This document shows positions 1-5,594 of a stretch of 8,034 bases of DNA, in pieces. The position numbers were made by a program, and so were the translations under genes. Origin of the DNA: Okeania sp. (GTDB lineage: Bacteria > Cyanobacteriota > Cyanobacteriia > Cyanobacteriales > Microcoleaceae). Numbering within the stretch: position 1 is the stretch's first letter; every line of letters starts with the position of its first letter. The stretch is from NCBI RefSeq assembly GCF_035285525.1, contig NZ_JAYKGW010000103.1, positions 1 to 8,034 of the forward strand, written 5' to 3'. The notes below the pieces were generated by a model. The model was not told where the DNA came from, did not search any database, and was given only the letters and a program-made list of their open reading frames with translations.

Positions 1-104
1 CAACAGGGCGGTGGAATTTCACCACGAAGGAGATAAGAGTTATTCACAAGTCGAGGTTTCCCTCATGTATTGACTTGGAACGGCCGTTTATACCCAGTTT
101 CCTG

Positions 105-135
105 GTTTAGCTGCCAACGAGTCGCACAGCTAAAC
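105..135. terminator. Stem-loop between the ankyrin stop and the left edge; possible bidirectional terminator
   Basis: GTTTAGCTG (105-113) pairs with CAGCTAAAC (127-135), giving a 9 bp stem and a 13 nt loop. It lies 5 nt downstream of the minus-strand ankyrin stop (141-143). The plus strand continues TTAATTTAG; the minus strand has no U-tract. Confidence 0.3.
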
Positions 136-140
136 TTAAT

Positions 141-1625
141 TTAGTGACCTGCTTCAGCATTTTTCAGCAACCTAATAACATCTTGATAATTATTAAATTC
201 TGCTAACATTAAAGCTGTACAACCACCTCGATTTTTATACGTTAAATTAGCTCCAGAATCTATTAACAATTTGACAACTTCAATATGACCTTGATATGCT
301 GCCCACATTAAAGCCGTCGCCTCATTATCATCTCGAAGATTAATATCAGATCCTCTTTCTAAAAGTACCTTTAATGTTTCAATATCCCCTTGATATGCTG
401 CTTTCATCATCGGAGTAGAACCTCCCTGAGCAGGAATATTTACATCGACACCAACATCTAGAAAAATATTAATAATCTCCCTATGTTTATGCCATATTGC
501 TAATGTTAAAGCTGTCTCTCCTAAATATTTACTATTCAATAAAGATGTCAAATTTTGCTGCTCTATTTTTGCCAATAAAATAGAGACAATATCTGTATAA
601 CCATGAAAAATTGCACTAAATAAAGGTGTATCACCAGTTTGATTTTTAGTAACAATTTCCGCTCCATAATTGAGCAATAGTTTTACCATTTCTGTATGAT
701 GTTCTACTATGGCAAAACTTAGGGCTGTTTCTCCTTCTAAATCTTCAGCATTAACATCAGCATTAGCATCTAATAAAATAGAAGCGATCGCCACATTTCC
801 TTCCGCAGCAGCAGCCATTAAAGCTGTACCACCATTTCTACTTTTAATATTTACATCTGCCCCTGATTCTAACAAAGCCTTGACAATTTCTAAATAACCT
901 AAATCAGCAGATAAAATTAGGGCAGTTTCTCTATCTTTATCTCGAAAATTAACATCAGCACCCGCTTTTAATAGTGTATTTACAGTAGATAAATCGCCAA
1001 CTTCTGCGGCTTGCATTAACCATGTTCTACCTTGCAAATTTCTAGTATTTACATCTACACCATGATTAATAAAAGTTTCTCTTATTCCCACATAATTACT
1101 ATTAGCAACTACAGATAATGTAGACTCATCTACCCTAGCTCCAGCATTAAGCAAAACTTTAACTACATCTAGATAACCTTGAGCGGTTGCTAAACCCAAG
1201 GCCGTATCATAGTCTTTGTCCTGGACATTAACATCTGCTCCAGCAGTTATGAGTTGATTGACCACTAAAATATAACCATTCATCGCAGCTACCATTAGAG
1301 GAGAAGCGCCACGATCATCTTTCCCATTGACATCCGCGCCTCTACTGAGCAAAATCTCTACTATTTCAGCTCGCCCATGAGCGGAGGCCAACATTAAAGC
1401 TGTAGCCCCAAACTTTTTTCTCGTATAGTTGACATCTGCACCATTATCTAGTAAAGCAGAAGTTATTTGAGAGTAGCCTTTTTCTGCGGCCACCATTAAA
1501 GCGGTTGTCCCATCTAAAGCTTGAGCATTAGCATCAATATTTTGAGCCAACAGGAGAGATACTTGACCAAAATTACCATTTTTTACAGCCTGTACTAAGG
1601 CGCTTTCTTCTTTTTGCGAAGCCAT
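141..1625 (-). CDS. Ankyrin-repeat protein, about 15 consecutive ANK repeats, no other domain
   Basis: 494 aa ORF. The roughly 33 aa consensus G-TALM-AA--G----V--LL--GADVN recurs from residue ~8 to the C-terminus. There is no N-terminal hydrophobic signal. The antisense ORF 709..897 is a composition artefact. Confidence 0.93.
   Translation of the reverse strand: MASQKEESALVQAVKNGNFGQVSLLLAQNIDANAQALDGTTALMVAAEKGYSQITSALLDNGADVNYTRKKFGATALMLASAHGRAEIVEILLSRGADVNGKDDRGASPLMVAAMNGYILVVNQLITAGADVNVQDKDYDTALGLATAQGYLDVVKVLLNAGARVDESTLSVVANSNYVGIRETFINHGVDVNTRNLQGRTWLMQAAEVGDLSTVNTLLKAGADVNFRDKDRETALILSADLGYLEIVKALLESGADVNIKSRNGGTALMAAAAEGNVAIASILLDANADVNAEDLEGETALSFAIVEHHTEMVKLLLNYGAEIVTKNQTGDTPLFSAIFHGYTDIVSILLAKIEQQNLTSLLNSKYLGETALTLAIWHKHREIINIFLDVGVDVNIPAQGGSTPMMKAAYQGDIETLKVLLERGSDINLRDDNEATALMWAAYQGHIEVVKLLIDSGANLTYKNRGGCTALMLAEFNNYQDVIRLLKNAEAGH
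784..791. repeat. HIP1 octamer GCGATCGC
   Basis: Exact GCGATCGC inside the ankyrin CDS. Confidence 0.9.
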
Positions 1626-1675
1626 ACTAACAACTAATATCTATGTTTTTCAGATTTTAACTGATACAGTCTTTT

Positions 1676-1700
1676 CAGTTATCAGTTATCAGTTATCAGT
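1676..1700. repeat. STRR-type tandem heptamer, CAGTTAT x ~3.6
   Basis: CAGTTAT CAGTTAT CAGTTAT CAGT read directly. It is the reverse complement of the ACTGATA blocks at 2856-2868 and 5518-5537. Confidence 0.9.
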
Positions 1701-1734
1701 TCAGAACTTAGGCAAAGGTACTATATATAGAGTT

Positions 1735-1767
1735 CAAAAACGATAGCGCTCTAGTTTTGAGCGCTAT
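1735..1767 (-). terminator. Intrinsic-terminator-like hairpin on the minus strand, upstream of the ankyrin start
   Basis: Minus strand reads ATAGCGCTC-aaaacta-GAGCGCTAT-cg-TTTTT-g. This is a 9 bp GC-cored stem and 7 nt loop, with a run of 5 T two nt after the stem. The plus strand has no T-run. Confidence 0.4.
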
Positions 1768-1794
1768 ATCTATGGTCTGGTGCATAAGTCCTAT

Positions 1795-1814
1795 ATCAGT
1801 TATCAGTTATCAGT
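1795..1814. repeat. STRR-type tandem heptamer, ATCAGTT x ~2.9
   Basis: ATCAGTT ATCAGTT ATCAGT read directly. Together with 1676-1700 it flanks the hairpin at 1743-1767. Confidence 0.85.
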
Positions 1815-1982
1815 CAATACAGTTCAGTTAAGACTAAAACTCCTATGATATGGAACTGTTATATCATTTCTCAAAAACTTTTCTACATTTTATTGAACTG
1901 ACAGATAAAGCTTAAAGGCTTTTTAGTGTTCAAAAAGTTACCATTTTAAGCAAGAGTTGGGCAAAAAAAATTACTTTCTTGC

Positions 1983-2005
1983 TCCCCGAATCCCCGAATC
2001 CCCGA
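1983..2005. repeat. Tandem octamer TCCCCGAA x ~2.9
   Basis: TCCCCGAA TCCCCGAA TCCCCGA read directly in the divergent intergenic region. Confidence 0.85.
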
Positions 2006-2170
2006 CTTCCCTACTCCTGAAAAAAGACTTTTTCAGCAAGCTCGAATTAATAATTCCCTGGCCTTATCGTAATGGCAACTGCTATAAGTATTAAAAAAGT
2101 ATTAAAATCAACTCACTGCTATACTAAGTTTTATGAAGTTTTTTTACGAATCCTAGAGAGAAGAGAAATT

Positions 2171-2638
2171 ATGGACCTACCAATTCCAGAATCTATTAAG
2201 CCTTGGCTCAACTTTTTCCATCCTGCAATTATGTGGGTACTTTTGGCCTTGACAATTTATGCTTTATATCTCGGTATTAAAGTTCGCAACAGTAGAACTG
2301 CCACAGATACAGAAAAGAAAAAAGAATTTGCGAAATTTAAAGTCAAACATCACCAAGTTGGCTCTATACTTCTAGCTTTATTGGTGATGGGGTCTATTGG
2401 TGGAATGGCCGTCACTTATATCAATAACGGCAAGTTGTTTTTTGGCCCCCATCTTCTAGCAGGATTAGCTATGACAGGAGCGATCGCTTTATCTGCTTCT
2501 TTGACTCCTTTTATGCAGAAAGGCCAAGACTGGGCACGCTATAGTCATATAGCTATTAACATTTCAATCGTTGGTCTTTTTAGTTGGCAAGCAGTAACAG
2601 GTGTAGAAATCTTGTTAAGAATTATCAGCAAGATGTAA
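2171..2638 (+). CDS. DUF4079-like integral membrane protein, 4 predicted TM helices
   Basis: The track ORF is 2072..2638. I prefer the ATG at 2171 (MDLPIPESIKPW...) because a purine-rich GAGAGAAGAG sits upstream and the 33 aa extension does not look like part of the family. There are four hydrophobic segments, each beginning next to a His (FFHP, KHHQ, GPH, YSH). The family call is from memory of cyanobacterial/plant DUF4079 proteins. Confidence 0.75.
   Translation: MDLPIPESIKPWLNFFHPAIMWVLLALTIYALYLGIKVRNSRTATDTEKKKEFAKFKVKHHQVGSILLALLVMGSIGGMAVTYINNGKLFFGPHLLAGLAMTGAIALSASLTPFMQKGQDWARYSHIAINISIVGLFSWQAVTGVEILLRIISKM
2480..2487. repeat. HIP1 octamer GCGATCGC
   Basis: Exact GCGATCGC inside the DUF4079-like CDS. 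Confidence 0.9.
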
Positions 2639-2790
2639 AGCAGAATAATTGTTTCTTCAGCCCCCTTGCTATCTCAAAGCCACATAGATTTTTGTCACTA
2701 AATTTTTATGTCTGCGATCAGCAAAAGCAATGAGGGCTGGGAAACTTTTTTTAGATTTCTCGTTTATAAATAGCTATAAGTATTATTCAT

Positions 2791-2880
2791 TCAGTATTTC
2801 AACCTTCTGGCAATGGCTGCCAGGTACTCATAAGTAAGTTCCGACCCAGGAGGCTAACTGATAACTGAAATTACCAAACC
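2791..2880 (+). repeat. Dispersed repeat family 1, copy A (partner 5445-5547)
   Basis: Order of blocks: TCAGTATTTCAA, hairpin 2807-2823 (CTGGCA/TGCCAG, loop ATGGC), GTTCC, AGGCTAACTGATAACTGA (ACTGATA heptamers 2856-2868), AAAT-ACCAA. Copy B has the same block order. It ends 1 nt before the stop of the minus-strand DUF1997 gene. Confidence 0.75.
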
Positions 2881-2881
2881 T

Positions 2882-3580
2882 CTACTTTCTGTTTCTTTGT
2901 TTAGGAAATGGCAAATTATAGGTAGTATGAAAATCTATCTGAGTTTTGTAGGTCAAGCACTGAGATACTTGATGTACTATTTTTAGTAATAAAGAATTGC
3001 CAGTCCTCTGAATTAAACCAGGAGAAATTTTTTGAATAAACTGAGGGAAGTTTACACCTACAGTCAAATCTAAATTCCATTTCGCCCCAGTAGTCACAGG
3101 AGAGAGTCCCAATTTTTGAATCTCTTTCTGACTACAGAATTGCTCCGTAGGTAACTCTACCAATCTCATTTCTGATTGAAATTGAATTTCATATCCAGGA
3201 GGTGTATAATCAGGCACCGGGATATTTCTAATTCTATATATTCCTACTGAGTCTGGCGGGAGTAATTCTAAACCAATTCTAGCTTCTACTTGGTATCCAA
3301 AAGAACCAAACTTTCCTATTAATAAATCATAGCCATTTTCTCCAAGAGGCTGAACTTTCATAGGATGAGCACATCGACAAAACCAATCTCGGTGAGATAC
3401 AAAATGTTTTGCTACTGTTTCAGCATCTACATATAGTTCCATGCAGTCACTATATTTAGTATTAAACCAAGTAATTTTGCTAGTTTCTGATGTTTCTATT
3501 TGTTTTGTACTTAAGTAAAAATCATTAACCAAATTGTTGTCCTTATTTAAGGTTTCATCTGTTGCAAAATTGTGATGCAT
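2882..3580 (-). CDS. DUF1997-like protein (cyanobacteria/plastid-lineage family of unknown function)
   Basis: The track ORF is 2882..3637. I prefer the ATG at 3578-3580 (MHHNFATDE...) because AAGAGGG lies about 7 nt upstream. The C-terminal pattern LDLTVGVNFP...P-LIQRTGNSLLLKIV-QV---L------DF resembles the DUF1997 signature as I remember it. Confidence 0.75.
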   Translation of the reverse strand: MHHNFATDETLNKDNNLVNDFYLSTKQIETSETSKITWFNTKYSDCMELYVDAETVAKHFVSHRDWFCRCAHPMKVQPLGENGYDLLIGKFGSFGYQVEARIGLELLPPDSVGIYRIRNIPVPDYTPPGYEIQFQSEMRLVELPTEQFCSQKEIQKLGLSPVTTGAKWNLDLTVGVNFPQFIQKISPGLIQRTGNSLLLKIVHQVSQCLTYKTQIDFHTTYNLPFPKQRNRK

Positions 3581-3649
3581 GATTCGCCCTCTTGTGTGTA
3601 TATTATGCACTATACTCAATAATTTGAGGATTACCAAACTGGTATCTAA

Positions 3650-3655
3650 ATTATA
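3650..3655 (-). promoter_or_regulatory. Candidate -10 box (TATAAT on minus strand) for the DUF1997-like gene
   Basis: Plus-strand ATTATA is minus-strand TATAAT, about 70 nt upstream of the ATG at 3580. The -35 region (TAACTA) is poor. AT-rich sequence makes chance matches likely. Confidence 0.2.
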
Positions 3656-3677
3656 TAGAAATAATTTATATTTAGTT

Positions 3678-3940
3678 AGGGAGCGGGGAGTAGGAAGTAG
3701 TTAAGAATCAGGAGGAATGAGGAGTTATGCAGAAGTTGCCTGGGAAAAATTGTTTCTTTTGGGGAGTGGGTAGTAGAGAGTAGGAAGTAGTTAAGAATCA
3801 GGAGGAATGAGGAGTTATAGAGAAGTTGCCTGGGAAAAATTGTTTCTTTTAGGGAGTGAGGAGTAAGGAGTAGGAAGTAGTTAAGAATCAGGAGGAATGA
3901 GGAGTTATGCAGAAGTTGGCTGGGAAAAATTGTTTGTTTA
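3678..3940. repeat. Tandem repeat, 90 bp unit x ~2.9, purine-rich on the plus strand
   Basis: The 70 bp core TAGGAAGTAGTTAAGAATCAGGAGGAATGAGGAGTTATGCAGAAGTTGCCTGGGAAAAATTGTTTCTTTT starts at 3691, 3781 and 3871, an exact 90 bp period. Cores differ from each other at only 2-5 positions. The ~20 bp G/A-rich linkers (3678-3690, 3761-3780, 3851-3870) are much more diverged and resemble GGAGTAG-type heptamers. The 90 aa track ORF 3676..3948 (-) is three 30 aa translations of this repeat. Confidence 0.95.
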
Positions 3941-3955
3941 TTTGTCATACTTACT

Positions 3956-4028
3956 CCAAAATTCTAACTTTTTGATTTTTCGTAAACCGTACCTTTTATG
4001 CCTAAAAACTTGCACTTTTTTAGTATCT
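3956..4028 (+). repeat. Dispersed repeat family 2, copy C (partner 5125-5213)
   Basis: Shared ordered blocks: CCAAAAT, TTTTTGATTTTT, CG, AACCGTACC, CCTAAAA, TTAGTA-CT. By-eye identity is about 75% with indels. As at the partner locus, it follows a purine-rich module ending in TTGTTTGTTT. Confidence 0.65.
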
Positions 4029-4098
4029 AATTTTTATCTGTCAATGCTTTGATATTTAATCAGCAAACCTTATTTAGGAATTTTAAAGATTAGAAAGG

Positions 4099-4126
4099 TA
4101 ATTATTAATTATTAATTATCAATTAG
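4099..4126. repeat. Tandem heptamer TAATTAT x 3 plus one degenerate copy
   Basis: TAATTAT TAATTAT TAATTAT CAATTAG read directly in the SDR upstream region. Confidence 0.8.
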
Positions 4127-4352
4127 CTTTGGTTAAAATCATACTTGATTGAACTAAAGGCAGAAATTTTATTACAAATATGGGATAATGAAAACTATCT
4201 CTAATTAGAGCTGTCTAATTAAATTTTAAATCTTTTACAAGTAAAAATTTCAGCCTTTTTTTGTCGAAAAAAGATTTCTATAAGCAAAGCCTAATTATTG
4301 ATTATCCATTGGTAAAAAAATTTACAAATTATTGAAAATTACTGAATATATT

Positions 4353-5012
4353 ATGAAAGTATTTGTCGCTGGAGCAACTGGCCGAACAGGTTTGCGGATT
4401 GTCCAAGAGTTGGTGAAACAAGATATTTCTGTTAAAGCTTTAGTTCGCAACTTAGAAACAGCAAGAGAAATTTTACCTCCAGAAGCAGAGTTGATCGTGG
4501 GAGATGTTCTTGATTATAAGGGTCTCCATGATGCTATTGGTGATAGTACAGTGGTGATATGTGCTACAGGTGCTAAACCTGATTTTGATTTTACTGGTCC
4601 ATATAAGGTTGATTATTTAGGAACTAAAAATTTAGTAGATGTTAGCAAACAGAAGGGAATTGAACGTTTTGTTTTGGTTTCATCCTTGTGTGTGTCTAAA
4701 TTTTTTCATCCGCTAAATTTATTCTGGTTAGTTTTGTTTTGGAAAAAACAAGCTGAAAAATATATTGAGAAAAGTGGTATTAATTATACTATTGTTCGCC
4801 CTGGTGGTCTAAAAAATGATGACGATCAACTTCCTATTGTGATGGAATCTAGCGATCGCTTATTTGAAGGTAGTATTCCTCGCATTAAGGTAGGACAAGT
4901 TTGTGTGGAAGCAATGTTTCAACCAGCAGCTAGCAATAAAATTGTTGAAATTGTTACTCAAGCAAAAGCACCAGGAAAATCTTTGGCAGAATTATTTATC
5001 TCTGTTTCTTGA
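4353..5012 (+). CDS. NAD(P)-binding atypical short-chain dehydrogenase/reductase-fold protein (NAD(P)H-binding, Tic62-NAD-domain-like family)
   Basis: The track ORF begins at a TTG (4332). The ATG at 4353 gives MKVFVAGATGRTG, the canonical N-terminal Rossmann GxxGxxG of this ~220 aa family. Conserved cyanobacterial/plant blocks follow: ICATGAKP, GPYKVDYLGTKNLVD, FVLVSSL, HPLNLFW, WKKQAE, YTIVRPGGLKN. Confidence 0.92.
   Translation: MKVFVAGATGRTGLRIVQELVKQDISVKALVRNLETAREILPPEAELIVGDVLDYKGLHDAIGDSTVVICATGAKPDFDFTGPYKVDYLGTKNLVDVSKQKGIERFVLVSSLCVSKFFHPLNLFWLVLFWKKQAEKYIEKSGINYTIVRPGGLKNDDDQLPIVMESSDRLFEGSIPRIKVGQVCVEAMFQPAASNKIVEIVTQAKAPGKSLAELFISVS
4852..4859. repeat. HIP1 octamer GCGATCGC
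   Basis: Exact GCGATCGC inside the SDR CDS. Confidence 0.9.
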
Positions 5013-5023
5013 CAGTAATTTTC

Positions 5024-5109
5024 AGGGGAGAAGCCAGAATCAATAATCTAGAAGGAGTGAGAATCACAGAAGAAGAAGCCGAAAGAATCTTCCGTTGATT
5101 TTCTCCCCT
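5024..5109 (+). other. Long imperfect inverted repeat 12 nt after the SDR stop; possible terminator or structured RNA
   Basis: AGGGGAGAA (5024-5032) pairs with TTCTCCCCT (5101-5109), 9 bp. AATCAA (5038-5043) pairs with TTGATT (5095-5100), 6 bp. They enclose about 50 nt of purine-rich sequence. The T-rich ATTTTGTTTGTTT follows. Confidence 0.35.
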
Positions 5110-5124
5110 ATTTTGTTTGTTTGC

Positions 5125-5213
5125 CCAAAATCTTAGATTTTTGATTTTTAAGCGATTTTTTGGGAACCGTACCGTACCGAAATTACCTAAAAGCTCCTAC
5201 TTTATTAGTACCT
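5125..5213 (+). repeat. Dispersed repeat family 2, copy D (partner 3956-4028)
   Basis: Same ordered blocks as copy C. It has extra inserts (AAG, ATTTTTTGGG, a second GTACC), and its 5' part can fold as CCCAAAA/TTTTGGG (5124-5164). Confidence 0.65.
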
Positions 5214-5444
5214 GCAAAATCTAAAACCTTTAGCTGAATGCTTACAACAAAATTACGGATTCAAGAGTTGAGTAAATGTAGTTCATCTAGAAAACTATTA
5301 AAATACAGCAGATTTCCAGCATAATGAAGTACAGACCTTAAAAATTAAATGTTCCGAGTGGGGATATTTTCCTCTGATGGGTGTACTTTACCAAAAAATG
5401 AGGTATAAAGCCTCCCCTGGTTCAGGGATGAAAAAATGTTTAAC

Positions 5445-5547
5445 TCAGTATTTCAAGCCTCCGACTTTATCGGAGGTTCACTGATAACTCAATTGTGCAG
5501 TTCCTCTTCCAGAGGCTAACTGATAACTGATAACTGAAATGACCAAG
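5445..5547 (+). repeat. Dispersed repeat family 1, copy B (partner 2791-2880)
   Basis: Order of blocks: TCAGTATTTCAA, hairpin 5458-5476 (CCTCCGA/TCGGAGG, loop CTTTA), GTTCC, small hairpin CCTCT/AGAGG (5503-5515), AGGCTAACTGATAACTGATAACTGA (heptamers 5518-5537), AAATGACCAA. It ends about 48 nt upstream of the GH104 start. Confidence 0.75.
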
Positions 5548-5594
5548 GTGAAGTCTGCTGTATTTACTCATAAAATTACTTTTGAATAATTTAG

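Noticed and set aside
1-110. Possible 3' end of a plus-strand gene cut by the left edge
   Set aside because: All three plus frames are open from the edge, with stops at 34-36, 71-73 and 108-110. None of the short peptides is recognisable, so I cannot choose a frame or support a CDS. I also looked for group II intron domain V or other RNA signatures here and found none.
709-897. 62 aa plus-strand ORF from the track
   Set aside because: It lies entirely antisense within the well-supported ankyrin CDS. The Ala/Ser-rich low-complexity peptide is the mirror of ANK codons, and there is no start context.
2072-2170. N-terminal extensions in the track ORFs (2072-2170 shown here; also 3581-3637 and 4332-4352)
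   Set aside because: Internal ATGs with better upstream purine-rich motifs, or with family-typical N-termini (MKVFVAGATG for the SDR), are more plausible starts. The 4332 start is a TTG. The longer starts cannot be excluded without experimental or comparative data.
2660-2750. Long-range pairing CAGCCC...GGGCTG followed by a T7 run, as a terminator for the DUF4079-like gene
   Set aside because: The stem is short (6 + 5 bp), encloses about 60 nt, and ends several nt before the T-run, so it is not a convincing intrinsic terminator. The T7 run alone is unremarkable in AT-rich DNA.
3678-3940. CRISPR array
   Set aside because: The units are contiguous 70 bp cores with ~20 bp linkers that are related to each other. 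There are no unique spacers of CRISPR size and no cas genes in the window.
3676-3948. 90 aa minus-strand ORF treated as a confirmed CDS
   Set aside because: It is not listed as a CDS because it is purely the translation of the 90 bp tandem repeat on its pyrimidine-rich strand, where stop codons are rare by composition. It is kept as an open hypothesis in the findings because of the GGAG-N5-ATG start context.
4199-4210. Perfect 12 bp palindrome CTCTAATTAGAG about 145 nt upstream of the SDR start, as a possible operator
   Set aside because: In sequence this AT-rich, several 12 bp palindromes per 8 kb are expected by chance by my rough estimate. There is no second half-site pattern or known motif match.
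5174-5186. NtcA-like site GTA-N-TAC in repeat copy D
   Set aside because: The spacing is N7, not the canonical GTA-N8-TAC. The related copy C has N5, so it is not a conserved NtcA box.
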